A stretch of DNA of 64,000 bases from Octopus vulgaris (GCA_951406725.2 OX597819.1:119722001-119786000), one strand, 5' to 3'. Counted from the first letter of the stretch, positions 13,428-28,699 are shown. Made by a program: numbers and translations. The notes: generated from the letters alone by a model not told the origin.

Positions 13428-13819
13428 TGTAGTTCAGGCTCTGGCGGGCGAAGAGAGAAAACTTCAAATACAAATGCTATTTACAACTGATTTATTTACA
13501 GGTTTTACAAGATATATGAAGTGTGCTGCTCTCAGCTACCATCTTTAGCTGTGTGCGTTATGTAGTAGCTTCGTTAGTGCGGGCGCATTGCCTCTGGAGA
13601 TACAACATATAGACAGGTCCAGCCAGTGGTGGTGTTCAGCCAGCGCTACTGTGTAGTGGCGCCAAAAAGAGAGAGCTGAATCGGGTTTTTCCTTTATATA
13701 GAGTTTCCCATCGCGAGCCTCGCAAATTGATGCAGGTGAGATCTCACTCCAGTCTCGGAGATGGCAATGATTGCCGCAAAATCTCATCCAATATGGCGCT
13801 GACTGCTTGTGTCGCTACA
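13428..13819 (-). mobile_element. Probable solo LTR
   Basis: TGTAG...CTACA termini; GC-richer than flanks; minus-strand TATA (ctatataaag) upstream of AATAAA; no TSD found. Confidence 0.45.
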
Positions 13820-13844
13820 ATATAAAATTGGAAATATATATTTT

Positions 13845-13984
13845 TATATTTTTACTACCCACAAGGGGCTAAACACAGAGGGGACAAACAAGGACAGACA
13901 AACGGATTAAGTCGATTATATCGGCAGACGAAATACGGCTACGCATTTCACCCGGCTTGCTAACGTTTCTGCCAGTTCGCCGCT
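13845..13984 (-). mobile_element. SINE family A with internal deletion
   Basis: head and tail of family A joined, central part missing. Confidence 0.75.
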
Positions 13985-14349
13985 CTTATTTGAAATATAT
14001 ACCAATAAATCTTTAGTTAGTGCATTAAATTATTTCTCTACATATATCAATTAATGTGCACGAAGTAGTAAAACAGCTCACTTAAAAATATATATCTATA
14101 ATTCATAACTTACAAATTTATATCAGGCTGAATATTATTTAAAAATGAACGAAATGATACTATACATGAACACCGACAATTAGAAGCAACAAATTGAATA
14201 TATGAACTCTGTCGCTTCTTCCACGTATGCCTTAATTTCAAATTCATATTTCTAATCACGTTTAATCTAAAGAGGGGACGCGTTATCTCCTTGGTATTAA
14301 TGGCTTGAAGGAAACGCAAGTGTATATAAATGCGTGTGTGTGTGCGCGC

Positions 14350-14393
<44 letters not shown>

Positions 14394-14489
14394 CCGTAAT
14401 CAGAAGTTATAGGGTGAATCAAGACCCAAGCGTTTCGTAGGTTCGCACATATCATACTGACTTCAAATGAAGGCAGCATACATTTATAT

Positions 14490-14721
14490 ATATTTCTTTA
14501 CTAGCCACAAGGGGCTAAACACAGAGAGGGCAAGAAAGGACAGACAAACAGATTAAGTCGATTATATTGACCCCAGTGCGTGACTGGTACTTTATTTATC
14601 GACCCCGAAAGGATGAAAGGTAAAGTCGACCTCGGCAGAATTTGAACTTAGAACGTAACGGCAGACGAAATACGGCTACGCATTTCGCCCGGCGTGCTAA
14701 TGTTTCTGCCAGCTCGCCGCC
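14490..14721 (-). mobile_element. SINE family A
   Basis: full-length match to family consensus. Confidence 0.85.
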
Positions 14722-15397
14722 TCTGCATACAGTTATATATCTGTCATGCTGGAATTTCTCTGGATTGTACTGAAGCAAGTCATAAAAATATATTTGTACA
14801 AAGTAAAGTATTCTCTTCAAATTGCACCTGACATGTAAATGAGCAACGTTGATTGTTTTAATAATAAATTTTCTACTACAAACCAACTCGGGTTTCTTTT
14901 TCGATTTAGAGTGTATTTTCGCGTTGAGAACGACATAAATGTATTTATATAATCAAATAAAGTACGAAACAAGTGAACAATGCAAAGTATATTTACTTTC
15001 ACATATGTATACACAGATACGTGTGCGAATATATATGCGTAAGCGTGCGTGGTGTGCTCATATATATCTGTGTGGGTCTTTATCAGTGAAAAGATTGGCG
15101 AGCTAATTAAAGAACAGATGTTTTCAAAATTAGATATTTGGTGTTTCATAGAGTTTCTATCAATCAGATGCTTCCATGCCATTAACGCAGCATAGCATGC
15201 AGTATGCTAATCATTGGCCCTAAAAGTGATAATGTTGCTTAGCAGACACGTCATAGAATGCGCAACCAAAATCAATACTTATACTGCACACTGGTACTTA
15301 ATATAATTTGTTAGTTATAACATGAAGATGCATGTTATCGAAATCATTAATGAGAACAGTGAAATTGCAGAATTATTATTATATAATTAATAAACAA

Positions 15398-15934
15398 GCG
15401 AAATGCTTGGTAGAGTTGTTTCGGCTGGAAGTGCCTTAACCACAGATCTTTCCAATCCTGACCAAATTCGGGTAGCGAAATGCTTGGAAGAATTGTTTCG
15501 ACTTGAAGTGCCTTAACCACAGACCTTTCCAATCCGGACCAAATTCGGGTAGCGAAATGCGTGGTAGAGTTTTTTCGGCTGGAGGTGCCTTAACCACAGA
15601 TCTTTCCAATCCTGACCAAATTCGGGTAGCGAAATGCTTGGAAGAGTTGTTTCGACTGGAGGTGCCTTAACCACAGACCTTTCCAATCCTGACCAAATTC
15701 GAGTAGTGAAATGCTTGGTAGAGTTTGTTTTCGGCTGGAGGTGCCTTAACCACAGATCTTTCCAATCTGGACCGAATTCGGGTAGCGAAATGCTTGGAAG
15801 AGTTTTTTCGACTGGAGGTGCCTTAGCCACAGATCTTTCCAATCCGGACGAAATTCGGGTAGCGAAATGCTTGGAAGAGTTTTATCGGCTGGAGATGCTT
15901 TAGACACAGACCTTTCCAATCCGGAACAAATTCC
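15398..15934. repeat. 77-bp minisatellite, 7 copies
   Basis: units start at 15398, 15475, 15552, 15629, 15706, 15785, 15862; consensus gcgaaatgcttggaagagttgtttcgactggaggtgccttaaccacagacctttccaatcctgaccaaattcgggta. Confidence 0.95.
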
Positions 15935-16542
15935 AGCTCAAAAAACTACAAAATAGCCTCTTTTAATTGAGAAGACCCAATAACAGACAGAATGCGACAG
16001 AAAGAACTTCTATATTTAACACATCAAAAGGGTGAGTATGGGAAGTGTTTTTGACGTATCCGGTGGCTGTAACTTATCACCCTAACGACGTTCCGCTAAA
16101 GTAATATATCGTCGTAGCAGTTCAATGAAAATGCCTGGAATAAACTTAATGTATTCACATTAGGTTAAGGCAGTCTTAGAGTTTCAGGAAAATTATGTAT
16201 TTCCCTTTCATGTCTAGTGAAAGTTGTTTTGACCTACAGATGAATAAATCATCAATCGAAAATAGAATTACGGTATTTCTTGAAATGTGTTAAGGCCTAA
16301 AGTTTAACGCATTTTGTTAAAGACAATTAACCTTGGGTCAAATTGTTATCGTCATCTGGAAGTATTACAGTTCGTGAACTACAGTCACGAACAAAAACGC
16401 ATACAAAGAGACACAGACGTATGTAAACACATTCGACTGCATACAAAGACACAGATTAAGAATTATACATACAGAAAGATATGCAGGCCTTCATATGGAG
16501 ATTAGCGTTTAATATATATGTGTGTATGTGTGCCTGTGTATG

Positions 16543-16578
<36 letters not shown>

Positions 16579-16580
16579 CA

Positions 16581-16881
16581 TAGTGGTTAGGGCATTCGGC
16601 TCACGATTGTAAGGTCGTGAGTTCGATTCCCGGCGAGTCATTGTGTCCTTGAGCAATACACTTTATTTCCCGTTGCTCCAGTCCACTCAGCTGGCAAAAA
16701 TGAGTAGTACCTGTATTTAAAAGGGCCAGCCTTGTCACAATCTGTGTCACGCTGAATCTCCCTGGGAATTACGTTAGGGGTACGCGTGTCTGTGGATTGC
16801 TCATGCACGTTAATTTCACGCGCAGGTTGTTCTGTTGATCGTATCAGCTGGGACCCTCGTCGTCGTAGCCGACGGAGTACT

Positions 16882-16883
<2 letters not shown>
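16581..16883 (+). mobile_element. SINE family D (tRNA head, CORE-like domain)
   Basis: gtggttagggcattcggc...gagttcgattccc B box, ttgtgtccttgagcaa core; 3' half shared with the SINE at 33314-33744. Confidence 0.8.
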
Positions 16884-16939
<56 letters not shown>

Positions 16940-17075
16940 CAAACAAACAAACAGGTTATATGTATGTGATTTGTGTGTGTCTGTGTGTCTGTGTGTGCGT
17001 TTGTGTGTGTGTCTGTGTGTGTGTGTCTGTGTGTGTGTGTGTGTGTGTTTGTTTCTGTGTTTACTAAACACATAT

Positions 17076-17640
17076 ACGAGGGTGTGCTGAAAGGAACATG
17101 CCATTAGGTAAAAGAATATACAGGAAAATCAGTTATGATTTTATTCAGCATAGTATCTTCTCCGATATACACACTTATTGCAACGGTCCTTCAATATTTC
17201 TGAACTCGGTAGTTTGGTCCTCCAACTCGTAAACTCGGAAGGTTGGGCCTTCAACCAGAACTTTTGCAATACCCGTCAAGCCAGGAACATTTTAGCACCA
17301 ACTCGCAGTATCCGTTATACAAATCTAGCATTTATTTTTAACTCTAATACAATTCCATGATAACTTTAATACATATTCCATAACTTTTTTCTGTATCAGA
17401 TCAACAACCTCGGTTGCCAAACAGTTGTTGAAGATCAAACACGGACACATTCACCCACACAAATATATGCGAGGTGGTATCAAAACATTACCGGATGAGA
17501 TATGCTTAATATATATAAAAAAATGGACCTTATTTGCCTAAGTTTTAACACCGTCTCCTTCGAAATAGTCACCTTTCGCAGCAGTACACCGGTCCCAGCG
17601 TTCCAGGGACTGAAGGACGCCTTCTCGTATTCCATTTCTG
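17076..17640. mobile_element. Short mariner-like terminal remnants
   Basis: tacgagggtgtgctgaaa (17076) and cgaggtggtatcaaaa (~17470) resemble mariner TIR starts; no intact ORF. Confidence 0.35.
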
Positions 17641-17776
17641 GTTTCAAACAGAAAGCAATGTTTATGCAAGTATATGTATGCTTATGCATACGTACATAGT
17701 TATACATACATGAACACACACACACACAAACACACATATATATACACATATAAATATAAAGATGTATATATAAAGA

Positions 17777-17826
<50 letters not shown>

Positions 17827-18344
17827 CATACATATATACATATATAATTTTGTCAATACATAAATCATAATGATATTTACTTAGGGATTTTTGTATGAAT
17901 TTATAGAAGCATGTATGTATTCATTTACATACACATACACACACATGCATATATACATTTAAACACTCACACACACATACATACATACATACATACATAC
18001 ATACATACATACATACATACATACATACATACTGCCACATACCACACATAAAACAGAAAAGTATGGACAACCGCTGGGTAACCTAGAAACGCTACAGGGC
18101 TTCCCAACGATGCATATGAATACAGGCAACTTTCCGCAGATATTGTTTTTTTAATGTTATATGATTATTATTTAGGAATTTCAACTTCTGTGAGTTGCGT
18201 AGACTATGATTATAGACTATGTTCTATCCGTTTTTTAATGTAGGTATTTGTAATGATATTTAGACATTCATTTTACCCTATATATTTATTATATAAAATA
18301 CATAATCTTGAAATGTTTGGTATGCTACATCGTAACGCACATAT

Positions 18345-18848
18345 ATAGGCACAGGAGTGGTTGTATGATAAGTATACAGGCGCAATAGTGGATGTGTGGT
18401 AGCATATAGGCGCAGGAGTGGATGCGTGTTAAGTATATAGGCGCAAGAGTGGATATGTGGTAAGTATATAGGCACAGGAATGGATGTGTGGTAAGTAGCC
18501 TGCTTACCAACCACATGGTTCCGGGTTCATTCCCACCGAGTGGCACCTTGGGCAAGTGTCTTCTACTATAGCCTCAGGCCGACCAAGTCCTTGTGAGGTG
18601 ATTTGTAGACGGAAACTGAATGAAGCCCGTCGTATATATGTATGTGTGCGTATATGTTTGTGTGTTTGTGCTTTCCCCCCACCAACCGATGCTGGTGTTT
18701 TTACGTCCCAGTAACTTAGCGGTTCGGCCTAAGAGCCCCATAGAATAAATACTAGACTTACAAAGAATAAGTCCTGTGGTTGATTTGCTCGACTAAAGGC
18801 AGTGTTCCAGCATGGCCGCAGTCAAATGACTGAAACAAATAAAAGAGT
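18345..18848 (+). mobile_element. SINE family B with tandemly repeated 5' head
   Basis: about five ~30-bp copies of ataggcgcaggagtggatgtgtggtaagt precede a complete SINE body. Confidence 0.85.
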
Positions 18849-19215
18849 ATATATAGTTTTATATTTAAAAATTATGCCCATTCGTATAAATAACATTACG
18901 TACAAACCAGCTTGAAAAAGCAAAGAAGAAATATTTCTAACAACATAGTGTACAACCTTTATTTCGACAGTATACAAAAGTGAAATTATAAATTAAGTAG
19001 CAACAATTATATGAAATAAATAATCTGCTGAACAATCCACATTTCCTCCAGCACACCTTCGTTTTTGAATCGTAAAGCGCAAAATCACTAAATTTTAGTG
19101 ATTTAACCTGATGTGTGATTTAGCCTGACACACCTTCATAAACACGACTGAACTATCCACCTGTCCAATAGAAACAATTTTCAACAAACATGAACAAAAT
19201 TAAAATCTGATTTAA

Positions 19216-19435
19216 CCCTTTAGCATTCAGATAATTCTGTCTAATGTATCATTTAGTTATTATTATTGTTTTGAATTAATCATGCATTATCTTGTAGCTT
19301 TGAAGTTTTTATGAGGTAAGTATACAATTTTAGAATGATAATGTAGAATAGGAGTGAGGGGCCACATCTGGCCAGTTTGAACATAAATCATGTAGAATAT
19401 TTTGGCTTGATGTGGCCGGTTTAAATGCTAAAGTG
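19216..19435. mobile_element. piggyBac-like MITE
   Basis: TTAA at 19212-15 and 19436-39; TIRs ccctttagcatt / aatgctaaagtg. Confidence 0.7.
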
Positions 19436-19869
19436 TTAAACATTTACTGAACAACTAAAATTTCCAACTTCATGAACTGAAGCTGACACAGCTGACTGCA
19501 ATAGACACACCTGACTGCAAATGTTTACACGTTTGACTGAACGCTGAACACCACCACTCCAAATTTAAACAGTAAAACCTTCTGTAATATGTTTCCATCA
19601 GAACTCAGTCAATGTAACACCACGTTCATCTTAAACAACAACCTTATCTGATATTATTTGAACTCAAGATGAACTCAAATGCCCTAGATTCCTAAAAAAC
19701 ACCTCGGAATTACAGTCATCATTGTTCTTCATGTAAAAAGATAAGTACTCAACAAAAACCATAACCTAATCTTTCTGACTGAAATAAAATTGATCGCAGT
19801 TCAGCTCCGCGTACAAATAAATATCAATATATGTATATGCGAGTAAGTGTATCACACGTACATAAGAGC

Positions 19870-19969
<100 letters not shown>

Positions 19970-20600
19970 GCATATATACATTGTACACATAAAGACACAC
20001 ACTCACATATAGGCTCATACACATATACAGATATTAGATAGAGACACACAAGCAAAAGCGCGCTCATAAACACATATGTATGCATATATAGAAACATGCA
20101 TGTTAAACATATATGCATATGCGTGTAGGGGTTCGTACGATTATGGAGTGCACATGACGTGAAAAATAATTTCCTCCAACATATTGAATATGTTAATTAT
20201 CGTATATATTTACCAATAGAGTAATAAGTACCTCACATGATATATAACTGTGCAGTGGTTATTACCCATTAAAGACGGCTTTACGAAAGTCTTATATCAT
20301 TTTATGAACGAGTAGTCAGCTTGTCTATTAAACTAATAGTTTATTGATTTCAGGATGTATGGAGCAAAAATCCAGCAGGAACTTCATTACGTGAGAAATA
20401 CCGAATTGCTGAGAATACCTTGGCGCCGACTGAATAATTGACATGAACGGTGCAAAATGGATTTGTAATATATTTAGCAATGCATGAAAATAGAAATAAT
20501 GTGTTATAGAGAACAACATCGTGTATGACAAAATTTTCTACCATTAATTCTAGAAAAACTAAACGACAGATGCCTATGTTCACATATACATACACACACA

Positions 20601-20634
<34 letters not shown>

Positions 20635-20655
20635 CATACATACATACATATATAC

Positions 20656-20723
<68 letters not shown>

Positions 20724-20989
20724 TACACTTCTTCGTAATGGATGTCTAAATTTGTGAGCTACAGAGTTTGGCAATGCGTACGACATACACATATACACAG
20801 AGACACACCCACGCATATATAAATAAATATTTATATATATATGTGTATGTAAGTATATATATATATATATGGTGTGCGTGTGTGTATGTGTGTGTCTTTT
20901 GTGAACACTATAAAAGTTGTAAGTCGTGAGATGGACAACTGCAAATAATGGTTACGAAGTCGTGTCGAGTAGGAAGGAACACAGCAGGC

Positions 20990-21552
20990 ATTCCGACCGT
21001 GTCATCAACCAATACCTCATCCTCATATCTTTGAACAGCGTCTTAGGTTCAATTCAGGCAATTATGTGAAGCTATTGTAGATTAGTTAAATATCTACTTG
21101 GAGAGGGTTGATGCTGGAAGGCCATATGTGTGGTAGCAGTATTCAGCTCTTTGCCATATTTACGGAAAGTGTCAGAAGTGATTGTTGGAGAATTTCTACG
21201 ACTGCAGCAACCCCAATTTTTTTACCTCCTATTTACCCCGATTTTCATCTCATGCATTACTGAATATGGAGTGGCGCGGAGATAAGCACTAACCGCATAT
21301 ATTGTAATACCAAGGCCGAGCTGGTGGATAAAATGTATTCGAAGATGGACACACTAAGGAATGCATTTGCCAGGTTCCGTAGAGGTCTTGAGGCCGTGGT
21401 GGAAGATGGGAGCGACTTCTTCGAGTAATAACATATCTCTCGTCCATGATCTAGGTTTTTTTTTTATTTTCAAAATACTTTTATTTTGGGATAGGATATA
21501 ATGTGTTGTCGTCTTTTTAACGAAAATGTGAACTTTAACCGGAGCACCGTGT
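20990..21552 (+). pseudogene. Degenerate Tc1/mariner-superfamily transposase, 3' fragment
   Basis: ggaaggccatatgtgtggtagcagtattcagct reads GRPYVW*QYSA, homologous to GRPYVWQQDSAPC at ~59250-59280; multiple stops. Confidence 0.6.
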
Positions 21553-21861
21553 GTTTATTCATAAGTAACACATTTGTGTGCACTCGGACGTGGAGAGAAC
21601 TTTCACTGCTGAATTATTTTCAGAACAAATTTTCCCACACCGTTGATATGTGTGGAAACGAACTGGACTGTGAAAGGCGTTATCAGGTTGTAGGCGGGTA
21701 AATTTCTGCCTTGTTACGCATTGGCTACGAATGTCGACTCGTTCCTTCATAACCAAACTGGAATATAAGTTCTTATATATGTAAATAGTAAATTTATAAA
21801 TGCGTATTTATATATGCCCACACTCATGTGTACACACGCATACACTCACACACACACGCAC

Positions 21862-21893
<32 letters not shown>

Positions 21894-21894
<1 letters not shown>

Positions 21895-22660
21895 ATGGAA
21901 CAAAAACGCAATAGAGGACAATAAAAATTTCGGACAGATAGACGATAGAAAGTCGGACAGGAGAAACAATTAGAAGGACAGGCAAAAAATGACGGGTCGT
22001 TCGTACCCTTCTTTCCTCACTCTAGTATGCCAGAAGCCCTTACTGTTTCGGGCAGTTACACTTGAGACAGTTCGATCTGGTTGCCCCCCAAAAAGTCTAA
22101 GCGAAGATCATTACACCCCTTTGTAAGAAATCTAGCGAATGTGTACGGCAACGAAGACCCAAAATGGAGAACATGGTACACAGTTAAAAATACAAAAAAA
22201 GAATATAACAACAGGAGACTTTAGAATTAGAACGAATCAAATTGAGCTGGCGTTTATGAAGTGAAAGCCTAAAGGCAGAAACATGGATGGACATAAGAGG
22301 TGTTGGCAGTCGGTAGTCAGGCCAAGAAAGAAAGATCATGGCTGGCCGGACACCGGTCACATGAAAGAAGGAGAGAGATGTAGGGAGCAGCGGAATTGAA
22401 GGATTAGAAAAGAAATCAGAAACAAAGGAGAAGGTACAGGAGAGATAAACGAGGAGAAAAAGTGGGAGTGAAGAAAGGAGAAGGCCAAGGGATTTGAGAA
22501 AGAAGTGGGAGCGATAAAAAGAAAAGAGGAGGAACAAAGGCCAGGAATGACCCGTCTTTTTTACCTGCCCTTCTAATTGTTGTTTTACCAGTCCGCTTTT
22601 CTGTCGTCTATCTGTATCTGTCCGAATGTTTAATGTCCTCTGTTGCGTTTTTGTTCCATT
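21894..22660. mobile_element. Foldback element with ~120-bp imperfect terminal inverted repeats and GA-rich interior
   Basis: aatggaacaaaaacgcaatagaggaca... / ...tgtcctctgttgcgtttttgttccatt; left end abuts (TA)n. Confidence 0.7.
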
Positions 22661-23288
22661 TTTTAATATTATTATATACATATAGCGGCGCACGTACACA
22701 CTTATGCTCACCTATCTATCTGGTGATATATGCATGGATATGTATATATATATATATTTATGTATACATACACATGCACAGACAAATGTATGTATATACC
22801 TAAAAACAAATTAGGAGCTTAATAATACCGTTCTATACTTTATTAAGTGTGGTACGATTACAATACTCGTTTATACAAACGTCTACATACAGTTGTGATA
22901 TAATGGGAAATACAGATGTTTGTTTCTTTAATGTGTCTTTATGCAGATATCGGCAGAATATTGCATTTCATACGAATAATATATTACATAGTGTTGATTA
23001 ATTTTTCAGTTATATTAGAATATAGCGGTTTTTCATTGTGTAAGCTTTCAAATAGAAATGTTAAACGCAAAACAAAACCCAGCATTGACATACACATACA
23101 TGCACATATGTTTATACAGGTATATAATTTCGATATATACACGTGTGTGCTCATGTGTGCGTATATAACTGTGTTTGTGTTTGTGTGTGTAAAAGTAAGA
23201 TACACGGATCAAAATGTAGAAAGGCAGTAAGATTCGAGCAGCTCGTACAAGGTATAAAAACAACTTTCAGGAACAATAGTGATTTATT

Positions 23289-23677
23289 GGCGTAGTGTGG
23301 TAAGTAGCTTCCTTACCAACCACATGGTTCCGGGTTCAGTCACAGTGCGTGGAACCTTGGGCAAGTGTCTTCTACTATAGCCTCAGGCCGACCAAAGCCT
23401 TGTGAGTGGATTTGGTAGACGCAAACTGAAAGAAGCCCGTCGTATATATGTATATATATATATGTGTGTGTGTGTGTGTTTTGTGTCTGAGTTCCCCACC
23501 CCCAACATCGCTTGACAACCAATCGTGGTGTTTTTACGTCTCCGTAACTTAGCGGTTCGGCAAAAGTGACCTATAGAATAAGTACTAGGTTTACATTGGG
23601 TCGAATTCCTCGACTAAAGGCGGTGCTCCAGCATGGCAACAGTCAAATGACTGGAACAAGTAAAAGAGTAAAAGAGT
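23289..23677 (+). mobile_element. SINE family B
   Basis: head, core, internal microsatellite, (gtaaaaga)n tail. Confidence 0.85.
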
Positions 23678-23812
23678 ATAACGAAGTTCAATAAGCTGAG
23701 AAAATTGTTTTATAGCTTTTGGTTAGCAGCATGGGTTGTTGTATACGCGAATAGAAATCCAAAATTTGGAGAATTAAGTAGCTAAAATCGAGGAACACTA
23801 CTACGCGCCAGT

Positions 23813-24540
23813 ATTATTCGTGATCTACTTTTTGCAGATGGTGCTGTACTAGTAGCGACCTCCTTAGAGGAAACTCAGGAACTTCTAGACCGGTTTTCTG
23901 CTGCATGTAAAGCTTTTGGTTTGACCATCAACATAAAGAAGACGCAAGTAAACCACCAACCTTGCCCTACTCCTAAACAAAATCGTGGGGTCAAGCTGAG
24001 GCCACCGGTTCGTAATTTTCCTTAAACTCCTATAAAGGTTGATAGGAAACGCCTAAGTTATGTGAAGTCAATTACATATCTTATTTCTTTACTGCCCACA
24101 AGAGGCTAAACACAGAGGGACAAACAAGGACAGACAAACGGATTAAGTGGATTATATCGACCCCAGTTCATAAGTGGTACTTAATTTAACGACCCCGAAA
24201 GGATGAAAGGCAAAGTCGACCTCGGTGGAATTTGAACTCAGAACGTAATGAGAAACGAAATACCTATTTCTTTACTACCAACAAAGGGCTAAGCATAGCG
24301 AGGACAAACAAGGACAGACAAACGGATTAAGTCGAATTATCGACCCCAGTGCATAACTGATACTTATTTAATCGACCCCAAAAGGATGAAAGGGAAAGTC
24401 GACCTCGGCGGAATTTGAACTCAGAACGTAACGGCAGACGAAATACTTCAAAGTATTTTGTCCGGCGTGCTAACGTTTCTGCCAGCTCGCCGCCGTTTGT
24501 TTACATATCGTATTTACATATCTTGGTGGTGAGATATCTT
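23813..24540 (+). pseudogene. RTE-clade LINE reverse transcriptase fragment interrupted by a SINE A dimer
   Basis: translates IIRDLLFADGAVLVATSLEETQELLDRFSAACKAFGLTINIKKTQV (FADD-like motif degenerated to FADG); later YVKS-[SINE]-TYLGG. Confidence 0.8.
24081..24494 (-). mobile_element. SINE family A, head-to-tail dimer
   Basis: junction acgaaatacctatttct at ~24255-24271; ttacatatc repeated on both flanks. Confidence 0.85.
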
Positions 24541-25551
24541 GAAGTTAACCGTAAAGGGGATGATTTTTGAACACACATTGTATGTACAGCAAGAATTTAG
24601 TAGTTTGTCTTGTATGCAGCTTAATTCTGGACTAGAAATGGGGTATCAACCGAACCAGCTGCCATTCTCGTATAAGGGCTATTTAATATTCTCTTTAAAT
24701 ATTTATGGAGCTTGCAATGATACTGTCAATCTAATTCAGGAAATCAGTAAACTGGAAAGACGAGCCTGCATAAACAATGCTTTCTCTGCAGCTAATTTGA
24801 TTAATGCATTCCTTGTAATTTTCTCGTAAATAAGATCAGGTGTGACTGTATGGTTTGGGCGCCCTCTTTGCAACGGCAAGAGTTTGGTTCAGTCCCACTC
24901 CACCTTGAATTGATCAAGTGCATTCTACTATAGTTCCCGGTCGATTAATTCAATCTCAGCGAATTTGTCAGACAGAAATGGTGTGGGAACCTGTTGTATA
25001 TTTGTGTCTGTGTGCGAGTGCATGGGTTTATAAGTATACTTTGGTATCTTTGGCTTTCTTATATCTTGGCTTAAAAGCCGAAGACGCTTTGATTACATCC
25101 CCTTAATTCAGCGGTTTCAGGAAAATAATTAGCTATAGAATAAGCTAGTCTAGGCCATGTACCGCCCCACCCCACGACCACCACCAACACCACTCTGGAC
25201 TATAACCCCCAAGGACGACAGATAGTGATTTAAAACTTCTTAATATAATGGAGACTGAGTAACTAACGAAGCGGGGTAGCTGTCGTCAGGGGGAATATTT
25301 CTGGCGGGGTGATCAATTGTTCTAGTGGGGCAATTGTCCTGATACGAGAATAAGCACCAGACTCAAAGATAAATTGCGGGTCCGATTTTTTCCGAATAAA
25401 CAATTCTTGGCGGTGCTCTAGCATGACCGCGGTACAATGTCTGACACAAGTCAAATGTGTGATGCGTAGAGTAAATTAAAACAATGGGAAATTATAGACT
25501 GCCATCACAATGAAACTTATATGTCGTATGTCTAAAGATTTATGCTATATA

Positions 25552-25965
25552 CTCTTTACTCTTTTTACTCTTTTACTTGTTTCAGTCATTTGACTGCGGC
25601 CATGCTTTGAGCACCGCCTTTAATCGAGCAACTCGACCCCGGACTTATTCTTTGTAAGCCCAGTACTTATTCTATCGGTTTCTTTTGCCGAACCGCTAAT
25701 TGACGGGAACATAAACACACCAGCATCGGTTGTCAAGCAATGCTAGGGGGACAAACACAAACATACACACACACACACATATACATATATATACATATAT
25801 ACGACGGGCTTCTTTCAGTTTCCGTCTACCAAATCTACTCACAAGGCTTTGGTCGGCCCGAGGCTATAGTAGAAGACACTTGCCCAAGGTGCCACGGTGT
25901 GGGACTGAACCCGGTACCATGTGGTTGGAAAACAAGCTACTTAACACACAGCCACTCCTGCGCCT
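25552..25965 (-). mobile_element. SINE family B
   Basis: full-length match. Confidence 0.9.
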
Positions 25966-26569
25966 ATCTACTTTAAAATCAGATATAGCTGAAAATATAA
26001 ATGTTATTTTCAAAATATAGCGATAATGTTACCTTGTCGTCTGTACGAAGCGCTTATAATATAGAAATACGTCAAATTCAGATCTAAATTGTATAATATA
26101 AATTGTTGTGAACAGAAAGAAGCATAAAAACAGTAAATCAAGTTATGTATATTAAACTGAATACGCATATTCTATGTACATTCCTGGTCGTAGATCGGTG
26201 TTTATGGCGTCCCAATTGTCAGCAAATTATACACTCACTTCTGTTGCTTTCATCAGCAGAACAACAGACGGCTGAGCATGGAAATTATGTACATATAATT
26301 TGCGATGTTCCATAAAGAGAAACCAGATTATATCATAACCGTAAGGAATGTCCAGTGGAATTATATGCACTGTGTCTATTTATTATCATACAGAGAAGTT
26401 ATATATTTTTAAAGTGTCATTCTATTTACATCATTTTATAATATTTTGCACCAGTTCTCGGTTTGAGGTAATTTGATATCATATAAACAGAATATCTGCG
26501 TTGTTCTAGAAGTTCCTGGAATATATTCTGGATATATTTTGAAAACATTTATTTCCATCTCGTACACAC

Positions 26570-27512
<943 letters not shown>

Positions 27513-27865
27513 ATTTGTTCGACATAATTCTACAATGAAAAATATGTTTTATTTGCTGTGTACGTTGTGCGAGAAATGACACTTTAGTCCAGCAGTTATT
27601 CTATGTTTTATTGAAGATATACTTTTTCACAACTATATTTGTATTTTCTATAAAGGAAATCAATAGAGGACTGTCTGTTATTTGATTAATAATTCCAGAC
27701 TATAACTGATGTTACAGTGCAGGCAATAAATAACTGACTTTGTTTCTCTCTGAGCCCAAGAAACGTGTCGTCTTAATTCATATTTGCTGACATTAGTGAT
27801 AATTGTGAGGTCAGGGCGGAGCTTGTATGCAAAATATATTTGGATATACATACATAAGAACATTA

Positions 27866-27929
<64 letters not shown>

Positions 27930-27967
27930 CATACATATGTATGTGTATATATATATTCTCTTTTTTT

Positions 27968-28369
27968 TCTCTTTTTACTTGTTTCAGTCATTTTGACTGC
28001 GGCCATGCTGGTGCACCGCCTTTAGTCGAGTAACTCGACCCCGGGACTTATTCTTTGTAAGCCCAGTACTTATTCTATCGGTCTCTTTTGCCGAACCAGC
28101 TAAGTGACGGGGACATAAACACACCAGCATCGGTTGTCAAGCAATGCTAGGGGGACAAACACAGACACACAAACATACACGCACATACATATATATACAT
28201 ATATACGACGGGCTTCTTTCAGTTCCCGTCTACCAAACCCACTCACAAGGCTTTGGTCGGCCCGAGGCTATAGTAGAAGACACTTACCCAAGGTGCTACG
28301 CAGTGGGACTGAACCCGGAACCATGTGGTTGGTAAACAAGCTACTTACCACACAGCCACTCCTGCGCCT
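27968..28369 (-). mobile_element. SINE family B
   Basis: full-length match. Confidence 0.9.
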
Positions 28370-28699
28370 ATGTATATAATATATATACATAGTATGTATA
28401 TGATGTATGTGCGTATGTACATATGTCTGACTAGATATGCATGCATGTGTGTGTGTGTGTGTGTTTGTGTGTGTAATCGATATAGACAGCAGTGTGCATT
28501 GTGTTACCAAAAAGGAAAATTATAATCGTTACCTACATTGAAAATCCACATTGCCAGAAATGAGAGCTCAAAAACTCTAATACTGAAGTAAAAGTACACA
28601 ATTGTATGCATATGTACTGACAGGGACTGTTATTACTTCAAGCGACAAGTGACCATTCCTAAAGTGTGGAAACCACTCGTAAACTTGTTTGAGGCATGA

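Noticed and set aside
15398-15934. Possible CRISPR array
   Set aside because: Contiguous tandem units with no unique spacers, no cas genes, eukaryotic context
25730-26020. Recurrent ORFs containing [17 protein letters not shown] or [17 protein letters not shown]
   Set aside because: Chance reading frames through SINE family B
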